Assembly (NCBI GenBank): GCA_033762915.1
Contig: JANRLD010000027.1
Coordinates: 1-64,000, forward strand
Source of the DNA: Meiothermus sp.
GTDB lineage: Bacteria; Deinococcota; Deinococci; Deinococcales; Thermaceae
Direction: 5' to 3'
DNA length: 64,000 nucleotides
The translations under genes were made by a program, and so were the position numbers. Every line of letters starts with the position of its first letter. Position 1 is the stretch's first letter. The notes beneath the pieces were generated by a model that saw nothing but the letters and a program-made list of their open reading frames with translations, did no database searches and was not told where the DNA came from. Shown one piece after another: positions 19,872 to 29,563 of this stretch.

Positions 19872-20428
19872 CCGAACTCGAGCGCGTCCGAAAAGTCGGC
19901 ATGGTGACGGCCCGGCTCAGTCAGTGGAAAGGGCTGCCCACCGCAGTTGTCGGCGCGGGAGTGGTTGTTTTGACCCTCACAACGCACTTCTACCCTTCTT
20001 GGCCCGCAACTGTACTCGGCATGGCCGGATTGGCGCTTGTCCTTTGGCTGACTGTGCGTTACTACGCGACCACCCTCGGTGCGGTGAACCTGTTCCGAGC
20101 CGACCGCAGATTTTTCTTCCTAAGCGCCGTACTTGGCTCGAGCTACGCGATTCTTCACGCAAGCATGGGGGCGTTTTTTGCCTTCGGGGTTGTTGCGTCG
20201 GCGATTATGCTGATGGGCGCGTTCACCGGCGGTGTGTTTAGGGGGTATTACCTGGGGGCCGGGGTTTTGTCCATTGTGGCCGTCGTGTATGTGTTCAGGA
20301 CGGCTACGGACCCTGCGGTGTTACTGATCATCGCCGGGACTCTGGCGGTTATGGTCGGACTCCTCGACCATGTGAATCTATCCAGGCTACTCAAGAAGGC
20401 TCCAAAGGACGACTATGCTGCGGCTTGA
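19868..20428 (+). CDS. Integral membrane protein, array copy 4 (most divergent)
   Basis: 186 aa; GTGA overlap; WKGLP ... GLLDHVNLSRLL. Confidence 0.75.
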   Translation: MTELERVRKVGMVTARLSQWKGLPTAVVGAGVVVLTLTTHFYPSWPATVLGMAGLALVLWLTVRYYATTLGAVNLFRADRRFFFLSAVLGSSYAILHASMGAFFAFGVVASAIMLMGAFTGGVFRGYYLGAGVLSIVAVVYVFRTATDPAVLLIIAGTLAVMVGLLDHVNLSRLLKKAPKDDYAAA

Positions 20429-20747
20429 CACTGACCTCAACCGGTTGTTGCACGAGCCCGCCCGGCTGGCTCTCATGACGGCCTTGTCGTCGTGCGAGAG
20501 CGCAGACTTCCTGTTCTTGCAGCGCATCACCGGGCTGACCAAGGGCAATCTCTCGAGCCACCTTTCAAAGCTCGAGGAGGCCGGTTTCATCCGCATCACC
20601 AAACAGTTCGTGGGCAAAGTCCCCAACACCCAGATCGCCCTTACCGACAGCGGGCGGGAGGCCATCGCGACCCACTGGAAGCAGCTCGACGAGTTGCGCA
20701 GCGGAATGTCGGGAATCGAGGGTCGGGATTCGACGGTCAAGAACTAA
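20415..20747 (+). CDS. Winged-helix DNA-binding regulator (HTH_34/ArsR-like)
   Basis: LHEPARLALMTAL...ADFLFLQRITGLTKGNLSSHLSKLEEAGFI. Confidence 0.9.
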   Translation: MLRLDTDLNRLLHEPARLALMTALSSCESADFLFLQRITGLTKGNLSSHLSKLEEAGFIRITKQFVGKVPNTQIALTDSGREAIATHWKQLDELRSGMSGIEGRDSTVKN

Positions 20748-20798
20748 CGGCCAGCAGGTACTAATACCCTGTACACAGTGCACAAAATCGAGGTCACG

Positions 20799-21521
20799 AT
20801 GGTAGAAGTCAGCAATTTGCAAAAGTCCTACAAGGCTTTCCAGGCTGTCAGGGGCGTCTCCTTCACCGTCCCGGCAGGCGAGGTTTACGGGCTGCTCGGC
20901 CCCAACGGGGCGGGGAAGACCACCACCCTTCGGGTACTGGCGACCCTGCTGCGGCCCACGGGCGGGAGCGCCAGGGTGGCCGGGTTCGATACGGTCAAGG
21001 AGAGTCTCGAGGTGCGCCGCAACCTCGGCATCGTCAACGGCGGGATGAAGGTCTACGACAAACTCACCGGGCGCGAAGTATTGGATTTCTTCGGCGGCTT
21101 TTACGACCTCTGGGGGACCAAGCTCAAGGAGCGTATTGCCTGGGCCGCCGATCTGCTCAAGATGGAGAACGCGGTGCTGGACAAGCAGGTCAAGGACATG
21201 TCCACCGGAATGCAGCAGAAAGTGGTAATTGCCCGCGCCATCGTCCACCAGCCGCAGGTGCTGCTGTTGGACGAGGCCACCGCGGGGTTGGACGTGTTCG
21301 CCCGGCGCGCCCTGCTCGACTTCGTGCAGGAGTACCGCAAGCTGGGCAAGACCCTCATCTACTCCACCCACGTTATGAGCGAGGCCGAGGAAGTCTGCGA
21401 CCGCGTTGGTTTTATCCACCAGGGCCGGCTGATCTATGAGGGCGACAGGCTCGAGGCCATGCAGAGCGGGGGCGGCAACCTCGAGCGCGCCTTCATTCGC
21501 CAGATCGAGGCGGCAGCTTGA
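20799..21521 (+). CDS. natA: ABC exporter ATP-binding subunit (NatA-like)
   Basis: GPNGAGKTT, MSTGMQQ signature, LLLDE, STH. Confidence 0.8.
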   Translation: MVEVSNLQKSYKAFQAVRGVSFTVPAGEVYGLLGPNGAGKTTTLRVLATLLRPTGGSARVAGFDTVKESLEVRRNLGIVNGGMKVYDKLTGREVLDFFGGFYDLWGTKLKERIAWAADLLKMENAVLDKQVKDMSTGMQQKVVIARAIVHQPQVLLLDEATAGLDVFARRALLDFVQEYRKLGKTLIYSTHVMSEAEEVCDRVGFIHQGRLIYEGDRLEAMQSGGGNLERAFIRQIEAAA

Positions 21522-21601
21522 CCTCTTTCGCCGTGTCTTGCGGCGGCACGTATTGGCGCATGGCCTACGGCGCCGGACGAACCACCCACTAAAGGTGACC
21601 C

Positions 21602-22783
21602 ATGAACGAAATCCTGATGATTGCCCGAAAAGAACTCCTGAGTGTGGTGCGGGAGCGCCGCGTACTGTTCACCACGCTGCTGTTGCCCATCCTGGTGATG
21701 CCGCTGATCATGTACGGCCCGATTTTGCTTTTCGGCAACGCGGCGCGTCAAACCCAGGAGACAGTGCAGAAGGTGGGGGTGCAGAACGTGCCGGAGGTGG
21801 TGCTCGAGCGCCTGCGCGAGGCCAAGGTCGAACCGGTCGCCATCACCAACCCCGAGCAACAGGTGCAAGAGCGTGAGGTAGAGGCGGCGCTGGTGTTTGA
21901 GGGCAATAGCTACACCATCTACGGGCGGATTTCCGGCGGGGCCACCCAGAGTGCGCTGGTGGTGGAAAAGGTGCGCGACGCGCTGCGCTCGTACCGCGAT
22001 GTCGTGGTGCGACAGGACCTCGAGGGCCGGGGCGTGCCGGCGACGGTGCTCGAGCCGTTCAAGATAGAGACCAGGGATGCCTCCAGGGCCCAGGAGCAGG
22101 CGGCAGGCTTGTTCGCTTTTCTGATTCCCTACTTTCTGATCCTGTTCATCCAGATCGGGGGGATGCCGGTGGCGGTGGACGCGACGGCGGGGGAGAAGGA
22201 GAAGGGTACCCTCGAGGCGCTGCTGGCTGCGCCGGTGCCGCTGATCCAGGTGCTGCTGGGCAAGGGGCTGGCGGTGTTCACGATGGCCCTGGTGTCTACG
22301 GTGGCGGCACTCACGGGGTTGATATTGGGGGGGACGGTGGTGCGGCAGATTTTCGCCCAGCAGCTCGAGGGGCTAAGCTCCGGCGGTGCACAGCTCGGCG
22401 GCACGTTGGCCCTAGACCCGCTGGGCTACCTTTCCATCGCCCTCACAGCCGTGTTGTTCGCCCTGCTCATCATCTCAATCATGATCTCGCTCGGCCTCTA
22501 CGCCCGCACCTTCAAGGAGGCCCAGAGCTACATGACCCCGCTGCAACTGGTGATGATTATTCCCCTCCTGTTCTTGCAGTTTTCCGATTTCCTCAGACTC
22601 CAAGACTGGTACTTCGCACTGCCTTTCGTCAACGTGATGCTGGCCCTGGACGCCATTGTGAAGGGCTCGGCCTCGGGGGTGCAGCTGGGCCTGACCTGGT
22701 CCACCACGCTGGTGTTTGCGGCCGTTGCGCTGTGGCTGGCCTATCGCAACTTCCAGCGCGAGGACGTGATATTCAGGAACTGA
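21602..22783 (+). CDS. natB: ABC-2 exporter permease (NatB-like)
   Basis: KELLSVVRERR, AGEKEKGTLEALLAAP, ARTFKEAQSY, C-terminal REDVIFRN. Confidence 0.8.
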   Translation: MNEILMIARKELLSVVRERRVLFTTLLLPILVMPLIMYGPILLFGNAARQTQETVQKVGVQNVPEVVLERLREAKVEPVAITNPEQQVQEREVEAALVFEGNSYTIYGRISGGATQSALVVEKVRDALRSYRDVVVRQDLEGRGVPATVLEPFKIETRDASRAQEQAAGLFAFLIPYFLILFIQIGGMPVAVDATAGEKEKGTLEALLAAPVPLIQVLLGKGLAVFTMALVSTVAALTGLILGGTVVRQIFAQQLEGLSSGGAQLGGTLALDPLGYLSIALTAVLFALLIISIMISLGLYARTFKEAQSYMTPLQLVMIIPLLFLQFSDFLRLQDWYFALPFVNVMLALDAIVKGSASGVQLGLTWSTTLVFAAVALWLAYRNFQREDVIFRN

Positions 22784-22787
22784 TGTG

Positions 22788-22887
22788 ATCGCGGTTCCCA
22801 CCACTACCTCCTTCGCGGCGGGAGACTCCCTACAGCAAAAACCGCCCGCTTTAGCGCTGTAGGGAGTATGCGTGGGAACCGCCCTGA
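22788..22887 (+). repeat. Dispersed small repeat family B, full palindromic copy
   Basis: Nested perfect IRs GCGGTTCCCAC/GTGGGAACCGC and ACTCCCTACAGC/GCTGTAGGGAGT. Confidence 0.8.
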
Positions 22888-23071
22888 GATGCAAACACGG
22901 CCATATTGACTCTGAATAAGATTGTTTCGACAAGAGTGTACATACGCTGTTTGAGAAGCTTTGACACGGTAGGGTTTCAGCAGAAAGGTCGCTGAGTTGA
23001 GGGTAATTGCGTAATTTGCCTGTGAAATTCGCTATCATCTAATTCATCATCGCCGGTTATGCTGTGGGGGC

Positions 23072-24499
23072 GTGGCAGGCACGTTGCGCTATGACCGTGG
23101 AACCCTAACCCTCAAGGAGCGCCCGCCGGAAGCGGTTATCGGCGAGTTTGTGTTCGACTCGAGGGTAGATCTCTGGCGTGCGCCCGCCTACAAGTACAGC
23201 GCCATCGTCAAACTGCTGCGGGGGCAGATCGCCGCCAACCACGCCCCGCTGTACAAGAAGTTGGAGCTGAACCACGCCCAGTCGCGCACCCCCTACCCTC
23301 ACCAGCTCGAGGCGCTCGAGGCGTGGAAGGCTGCCCGAGGGGCGGGCCTGGTGGTGCTGCCTACTGGGGCGGGCAAGAGCTACTTGGGCCTGTTGGCCAT
23401 CGCCTGGGCCGGGCGCAGCGCCCTGGTGGTGGTGCCAACCATCGACCTGATGCACCAGTGGTACGCCGAACTCAAGGCGGCTTTTCCCGACTTCCCCATC
23501 GGACTGATTGGCGGCGGCTACTACGAGCCCACCGACCTTTCGGTCGCCACCTATGACTCGGCCGCCATCCACGCCGAGCGGCTGGGCAACCGCTTCGGGA
23601 TGCTGGTATTCGACGAGGTACATCACCTGCCCACCGCCTTCTACAAGCCGGCCGCGACCTTCTCGCTGGCCCCCTACCGGCTGGGCCTGACCGCCACCCC
23701 CGAAAGAACCGACCTGCGCCACACCGAGCTGCAGTGGTTGGTGGGGGATTTGGTCTACCGGCGTGAGGCCGCCCAACTCGCAGGCGACGTGCTGGCCCCC
23801 TACCGCCTCGAGCGCGTCCACGTTGAGCTGTCCCCCGCCGAGCGCGAGGCCTACCGTAAGGCCCTCGAGGAGCGAGACGGCTTTCTAAGGGTCAACGGCA
23901 TCTCGTTGGGCAACCTGACCGGCTGGCAGGAGTTTGTGATGCGCTCGGCCAAGAGCGAGTCGGGTCGCCGGGCCATGAAGGCCCACCGTGAGGCCCGGCG
24001 CATCGCCAGCGCGGCCCCGGCCAAGCTGCGGGCCCTCGAGGTGATTCTGACCCGCCACGCCGGCCACAAGACGCTGATTTTCACCGAAGACAACGAGACC
24101 GCCTACCACATCAGCACCCGCTACCTGATCCCCTGCCTTTCGCACCAGACCAAGGTCAAGGAGCGCCAGGAAATGCTCGAGCTGTTCCGCAGTGGGGTCT
24201 ACCGGTCGATAGTGACCAGCAAAGTTCTGAATGAGGGCGTGGACGTGCCGGACGCCAGCGTGGGGGTGGTGCTATCGGGCTCGAGCGTGGCGAGAGAGCT
24301 GGTGCAGCGCCTCGGGCGCATCATCCGGCGGGCCGAAGGCAAGCAGGCGGTACTCTACGAGATTATCGCCAGGGACACCCGCGAAGAGCGCGTCTCGGAA
24401 CGTCGGCGGCTGGGTGTACAGGTGGAAGCGCTCACCAGCCAGCCCCGACTAATGAGCCTCGAGCCGGTCTCGTGGGATGACTTAGGTGAAAAAGAGTAG
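23072..24499 (+). CDS. XPB/Rad25-like SF2 DExH helicase
   Basis: LPTGAGKS, DEVHH, GLTATPER, LNEGVDVP, QRLGRIIR. Confidence 0.9.
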   Translation: MAGTLRYDRGTLTLKERPPEAVIGEFVFDSRVDLWRAPAYKYSAIVKLLRGQIAANHAPLYKKLELNHAQSRTPYPHQLEALEAWKAARGAGLVVLPTGAGKSYLGLLAIAWAGRSALVVVPTIDLMHQWYAELKAAFPDFPIGLIGGGYYEPTDLSVATYDSAAIHAERLGNRFGMLVFDEVHHLPTAFYKPAATFSLAPYRLGLTATPERTDLRHTELQWLVGDLVYRREAAQLAGDVLAPYRLERVHVELSPAEREAYRKALEERDGFLRVNGISLGNLTGWQEFVMRSAKSESGRRAMKAHREARRIASAAPAKLRALEVILTRHAGHKTLIFTEDNETAYHISTRYLIPCLSHQTKVKERQEMLELFRSGVYRSIVTSKVLNEGVDVPDASVGVVLSGSSVARELVQRLGRIIRRAEGKQAVLYEIIARDTREERVSERRRLGVQVEALTSQPRLMSLEPVSWDDLGEKE

Positions 24500-24883
24500 G
24501 CTAAGCGGTCAAGGGTTAACCGGTGGAAGACAAACTCAAAGTCAAAAAACCACCCCCCCACGGTAGTTCGGGACGCGGCGCAAACCGTGTGACCCCCCCT
24601 GATGGTCGCGGCGTCTCGAGTTGGCGAGCTTCATGCCGCTGGCTGAACGCCCAAGAAGAGTCGAGACCGCGGCGACCCGCCTGCCTTTCTAGCCCCCCCT
24701 TGGGCAACCGTTGTTCGCTGAATAGGCCGAAACATGGCGTGCTGCGAACATCAAGAGGGGCAGCAAGCCACAAGATCGGGTGGGCTGGCACAAAAAACTC
24801 CGCAACTCGCGGGGTGTCGCTTCTGTCTTTCGCTCATTTCCTCTGCCCCTCAGCCCTCCAGCCCTCCTGCCTCACGGACTGAA

Positions 24884-26071
24884 ATGCTCCCCGCCGACCT
24901 CCTCGAATACACCCTGCGCTCCGGCCGGGCCTTCCCCCGGTTTGCGCCGCCCCACAAGGCCCTGCCCTGGGCCGAGGGTGTGCTGCGGGTCATCGAAGAA
25001 CACAAGGGCAAGACGCGGGGCGAACTCGAGGAGGCCCTCCGCGCCCTTGAGGGCGACTCGCCCGACTACACCCTGGTGCGCGGCCTGGCGCACCTGGCCT
25101 TGGCCGAGGCCACTCTCGAGGTGCAGTCGCCGCTGGAGCCGGAGTTTCTGCGCTCTAAGGTGTTTGCGTTGGCGGCGCAGGGCGGGCACGGCGAGCGGGA
25201 GGCGCTGGCGGTGCTGCGCGAGGTGGGCAACCAGTACGCCCTCGAGGCCGAGACGGTGCGGGCCAGTCTCTACGCCGACCTCAAGGAGAACCACATCCTC
25301 ACCAAGTTACCTGACCTCTCGCCAGCGGGGTTGCTAGAGCGCCACGACCTGGCCCAGGCCCAGGGGCTGCTCTACTACGCCACCGAGATGGTCCTGCAGG
25401 CTCACCGCAACACCAGCGCCCAGTACAAGCGCCTGTTCCGCTATCTTAAGTACTACCGACTGATGTTCGCCGTCGAGGGTGACCTGGACTCCGGCTACCG
25501 CATCCACGTGGACGGCCCCACCTCGGTGCTGGGCCAGACCCGGCGCTATGGGGTGCAGATGGCGGCGCTGCTGCCCTCGCTGCTGCACGTGCAAAAGTGG
25601 GAAATGACCGCCCGACTGAGCCTCCAAGGCCGTGAGGCTGAGTACGTCCTGACTTCCCAGACCCCGCTCAAGAGCCCCTACCGCGAGCCGCCGCAGTTCG
25701 ACTCGATGCTCGAGTCCACCTTCGCCAGCCGCTGGGAGAAGCTGCACAGTGTCTGGGCCCTGGAGCGCGAGGTGGAGGTGGTGGACCTCAAGGGCACCGT
25801 TTTCCTGCCCGACTTCGCCCTGCGCCACCCCGACGCCCGCAAGGCCTACGTGGAGATCGTGGGCTTCTGGCACCCCGAGTACCTGCGGCGCAAGTTCGAC
25901 AAGGTGCGCCGGGCGGGCATGACGAACCTCATCTTGGCCGTCTCGGACCGGTTGAAGGTGGGGGAGGGCGAACTTGAGGGGGTGGCCGGCCCGGTGGTGC
26001 GCTTCAAGGGGCAGCTCGAGCCCAAGGCCGTGCTGGGGGTACTCGAGGAAATGAGCAGGGTGTCTCTATAG
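24884..26071 (+). CDS. DUF790 (Bax1-like) PD-(D/E)xK nuclease
   Basis: LAQAQGLLY, DGPTS...RYG, FDSMLE, PDF...EIVGFWHPEYL. Confidence 0.85.
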   Translation: MLPADLLEYTLRSGRAFPRFAPPHKALPWAEGVLRVIEEHKGKTRGELEEALRALEGDSPDYTLVRGLAHLALAEATLEVQSPLEPEFLRSKVFALAAQGGHGEREALAVLREVGNQYALEAETVRASLYADLKENHILTKLPDLSPAGLLERHDLAQAQGLLYYATEMVLQAHRNTSAQYKRLFRYLKYYRLMFAVEGDLDSGYRIHVDGPTSVLGQTRRYGVQMAALLPSLLHVQKWEMTARLSLQGREAEYVLTSQTPLKSPYREPPQFDSMLESTFASRWEKLHSVWALEREVEVVDLKGTVFLPDFALRHPDARKAYVEIVGFWHPEYLRRKFDKVRRAGMTNLILAVSDRLKVGEGELEGVAGPVVRFKGQLEPKAVLGVLEEMSRVSL

Positions 26072-26169
26072 TTACAATGCAAAATGTCGCCCGCCAGCTC
26101 CCGCAGGGAATTGCGCCCCATCCATTTGACGCTTCCGCCGATTCCGAACTTCTACCCTGGCGCGACTTA
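26056..26169 (+). repeat. Dispersed small repeat family A, copy 2 (lacks the hairpin module)
   Basis: AATGCAAAATGTCGCCCG...GGGAATTGCGCCCC...CTACCCTGGCGCGACTTA; overlaps the DUF790 3' end. Confidence 0.7.
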
Positions 26170-26210
26170 CGCTCACCTTAGTGCAACTTGGGTCGGACAA
26201 GGTGCGCTCT

Positions 26211-26306
26211 GATCGCGTCTCCCACCATTACCTCCCTCTCGGCGGCAGGTAATGTACTCCCTACAGCAAAAACCGCTGTGCAGAGTATGTGTGGGAACTG
26301 CTCTGA
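26211..26306 (+). repeat. Dispersed small repeat family B copy
   Basis: GATCGCGTCTCCCACC...ACTCCCTACAGCAAAAACCGC...GTGGGAACTGCTCTGA. Confidence 0.75.
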
Positions 26307-26337
26307 AAAACCCTCTATACGGTATTAACATAAGGAC

Positions 26338-26793
26338 ATGAGCGAACAGCGCTTTGACGCGGTCATCCAGAAAGAGGGCGGTTTCACTTTTGTCTCAATT
26401 CCATTCTCCCCACGAGAGGTGTGGGGGGCGAAACCCCGCTACCATGTTGCCGGAACCATAAATGGTCGAGCCGTGCGCGGGTGTCTGGGGGCAATGGGAC
26501 AAGAGTATTTTTTGCGCCTGGGTGCTGCGTGGCTCCGAGACAACAATATCCAGTCGGCCGGGAGTGTACAGGTACGGCTGGCCCCCGAAGGACCACAAGA
26601 AGACAACCTGGCAACAGACATCGCAGCGGCATTGTCCCAAGACCAAACAGCCAAGGCCTTTTTCGAGGGTTTGCCTACCTTTTACCGCAAGAACTACGTT
26701 CGCTGGATCGACAGCGCCAAGCGCGAGGAGACTCGAGCGAAGCGGATCGCACAGATGATGGGACTACTGCTGGAGGGTAAGCGCGAGCGATGA
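26338..26793 (+). CDS. DUF1905 + YdeI/OmpD-associated family protein
   Basis: VAGTINGR N-terminal domain; YVRWIDSAKREETRAKRI C-terminal motif. Confidence 0.8.
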   Translation: MSEQRFDAVIQKEGGFTFVSIPFSPREVWGAKPRYHVAGTINGRAVRGCLGAMGQEYFLRLGAAWLRDNNIQSAGSVQVRLAPEGPQEDNLATDIAAALSQDQTAKAFFEGLPTFYRKNYVRWIDSAKREETRAKRIAQMMGLLLEGKRER

Positions 26794-26840
26794 TGGTTTC
26801 AACCCTGAGTATTCCGTCTCGTGCTAAGGGATACGCCGAA

Positions 26841-27839
26841 TCAACTCGAGCGCACCTTGCCCCGCTGCCTGGCGCTGCTTAGCACCGAGTCAAAACTGGC
26901 CTTGGCCCTGGCCTTCATCTCGGCCACCCTGTCCCAGTCCGGCTGGCGCTTGCCCAGCACCGCCGAGGCCAGCACGGCGGGGTCGCCGGGCATGTCCACA
27001 CACACCGCCCCGGCGTCGCGACAGAAGCCCGCAACCTTGGGGTCGTAGGCGATACCTGCAAAGGGGGTGCCCGCGCCTGCCGCCAGAATCGCGCCGTGCA
27101 GGCGAATCGAAACTACATAACTGGCCTGGGCCAGCAAGTAGACCACCCGGCGCGGGTCCCAGGCGATCTCGCGGGTGAAGCTGCTGAACCGCTCGAGCAC
27201 CGGCTCGTCGAAGCCGGGCTGCAGGGCCAGGATCACTACCTCGTAGCCGTCGACGCGCAGGCGCTCGGCCAGCTTGAGCAGCCCTGCGTTGGCCTCCTCG
27301 GTGCCGTACTTAGGTACCAGCACCACCATGTTGGGCTCCCGCTCGACCGGGGGGGCTTGCAGCAACAGGGCCGGGTCGGCCCCGTACTTCACGTTCAGTC
27401 CGATGCGCCGGCCGTACTCGAGGCTTCCCTCGTCGCGGAAGAAGCACTCCACCCCGCGCAGGGCCTTGTGTACCCGCCGCTCGCCGCCCGCGCTCAGGGG
27501 GCCAAGGGACTGGTTAAAGACGTACACCGGCTTGCCGCGCCTTCGGGCCAGGCCCTGGATGGTCAGGTAGTAGGCCAGGCTCATGCGGCTGGTCTTGTCC
27601 TGCAGCAGCCCGCCCCCGCCCAGCAGGAGCAGATCCATCTGGCCCAGCGCCTGCCAGACCTCGAGCGGGGCCATCCGCTTCGCGGCCTCGATGTCGTAGC
27701 GCTTGCGGGTCTCGGGGGGATTGGCGGATAGGGCCAAGACCCGGTGACCCCGCGCCTTGACCTCTTGCGCGATGGCCTCGAGGATGGCCTCGTCGCCGGC
27801 GTTCTGGAATCCGTAGTATCCGCTTACCCCAACCACCAT
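26841..27839 (-). CDS. csaB: Polysaccharide pyruvyl transferase CsaB
   Basis: SGYYGFQNAGDEAIL, GGGGLLQDKTS, ADPA, RLHG, YDPKV. Confidence 0.9.
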   Translation of the reverse strand: MVVGVSGYYGFQNAGDEAILEAIAQEVKARGHRVLALSANPPETRKRYDIEAAKRMAPLEVWQALGQMDLLLLGGGGLLQDKTSRMSLAYYLTIQGLARRRGKPVYVFNQSLGPLSAGGERRVHKALRGVECFFRDEGSLEYGRRIGLNVKYGADPALLLQAPPVEREPNMVVLVPKYGTEEANAGLLKLAERLRVDGYEVVILALQPGFDEPVLERFSSFTREIAWDPRRVVYLLAQASYVVSIRLHGAILAAGAGTPFAGIAYDPKVAGFCRDAGAVCVDMPGDPAVLASAVLGKRQPDWDRVAEMKARAKASFDSVLSSARQRGKVRSS

Positions 27840-29563
27840 TGCCGCACTCTCCGATATGCCCAGACCCCTGCAAAGCCCAAGATAAGCCCGATGACCATCC
27901 CGTTCAATACTCTAAAGAACGATATCGAGAGGGGGGTGTGATAGTGCGAAAAGGTGTTCATGATTGAGCCGACCCCCACCGCCACCAGCATCAGCAGGGC
28001 AATCTGGATCCACTTCGGCCAGGGCAGCAACAAAGCCAGGGGGGCCAGGGCGTGTCCGAAGATCTCCTTGAAACGGGGCCGCACCATCACGTCCTGCAAG
28101 GTCTGGCGCAGTGTGATCTCCCAGTCGGGCACGATGGCCGGGGAGGCGTCGTTGCCACGCCTCAGCAGCACCAGGGCCAGGATGCCCAGTCCCAGCACTC
28201 CCAGCGCCACGTCGCCCAGCCGCAGGGGGTAGGTGTATAGGCTATTGAACACGCCCTTGAAGTCGCGGGGCAGGAAGGACAGCGCCACCAGCAGCGGCGG
28301 CAGAATAAGGGTCAGGGAGACGCCCCGGAAGGTCTCGAGGGTCAGCAGGGTCTCGGGTCTCGAGCCCAGCGCGGCCAGGAACACCACTCCCAGGAGCGCG
28401 TAGAACACCGCCGCCACCCACTTCCGCATCCCCTTGTGCGGCTCGAGGAAGCCCAGAACCGGGAACGCGATGGCGGCCAGGAGCGGCCCCGCGTCGCCCC
28501 GGGCTGCGCCCAGGCAGAACAGCGCCAGCAGGACGGTCAGGGGAACCCCGATGGGCTGGGGCAGCCCCACCGCCAGCAGCACCAGACCCGCCAGTATCCC
28601 GGCCACCGCGGCCCAGCGGAAGGGGGAGGGCTCGAATTCGCGGGGGGCGGGGGTGCCTACCGGGATGCGGGAGCGCTCGAGGTCGGTTTTGAGCAAGGTT
28701 AGGTAGGCGGTGGTGTCCCCGGGGTCGGGGAAGGGGCGCAGGTACAAAATCTGGTGGCCGCGCTCGCGGGCGGCGAGCAGGAACCGACCGGTGGCCTCGG
28801 CGGGGGTCTGCTGTAAGAGCCACTCGGTTCGCATCGCGAACAGCCGCAGTACCGGTACGTCCCGGGCCAGCCGGGCAAAGCCGCGCTGGGGCGCGCCCTC
28901 GATAAGGGTGATGGGTTTGCCGCCCAGCACGGTCTGGGTGGTCTGGAGGTCGTTGGGGAACCCCAGCACCTCGGCCCCGGAGAACAGCACCGCGTCGGTC
29001 TCGGGGGGGAGCTGGAGGGTCTGAAGCTTGCGGATTCTGGAGTTGAGCGGGCGGGCCACGATGTAGAAACCGGCAGCCTTCAACTCCGAGGCCAGCCGCA
29101 GGTCGAACCCGGCAGGTACGCTGCCGAAGTCGAAGGGTGCTCCGATCCAGGTCTGGGTGCCAACCAGCACGCGCTCGGTGGGAAAGGTCCAGGTTTGGCG
29201 GAGGGGCTCCAGGAAGCTCTCCGGCCCCGTCACGTAGTACCACCCTGGCTTGATCTGGGCGTTGGGGTAGAGCAGCCTCAGTCCAACCCCCGACTGGTAG
29301 GTGACCAGCCCCTGATCGAACCAGCCCCGCAGGGTCTGCTCGTAGAGCCCGATGCCCCCCACCCCCAGGGCCTTGTACTCGTTCATCAGCTCGAGCAGCG
29401 TCTTGCCCTGCTCCCGCGCGTCGTCGGCCAGGCTATCCCCGTCCATCACCAGCACCACCGGACCGGGCCGCTCGACCTGCGCGCGCAGCAGGAGTGCCGG
29501 GATGCACAGCAGGGCCGCGACCAGGATCACCAGCCGCATCGCGTTCGTTAGGTCAAATTTCAT
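27824..29563 (-). CDS. CsaB-associated membrane protein (DUF5693-like)
   Basis: FRGV, RRGND, RPRFKEIFGH, NTFSHYHTPL motifs; overlaps the csaB start. Confidence 0.75.
   Translation of the reverse strand: MKFDLTNAMRLVILVAALLCIPALLLRAQVERPGPVVLVMDGDSLADDAREQGKTLLELMNEYKALGVGGIGLYEQTLRGWFDQGLVTYQSGVGLRLLYPNAQIKPGWYYVTGPESFLEPLRQTWTFPTERVLVGTQTWIGAPFDFGSVPAGFDLRLASELKAAGFYIVARPLNSRIRKLQTLQLPPETDAVLFSGAEVLGFPNDLQTTQTVLGGKPITLIEGAPQRGFARLARDVPVLRLFAMRTEWLLQQTPAEATGRFLLAARERGHQILYLRPFPDPGDTTAYLTLLKTDLERSRIPVGTPAPREFEPSPFRWAAVAGILAGLVLLAVGLPQPIGVPLTVLLALFCLGAARGDAGPLLAAIAFPVLGFLEPHKGMRKWVAAVFYALLGVVFLAALGSRPETLLTLETFRGVSLTLILPPLLVALSFLPRDFKGVFNSLYTYPLRLGDVALGVLGLGILALVLLRRGNDASPAIVPDWEITLRQTLQDVMVRPRFKEIFGHALAPLALLLPWPKWIQIALLMLVAVGVGSIMNTFSHYHTPLSISFFRVLNGMVIGLILGFAGVWAYRRVRQWWLG

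Noticed and set aside
26841..29563. csaB plus membrane partner as a novel system
   Set aside because: Known cell-wall polymer pyruvylation locus for S-layer anchoring in Thermus.
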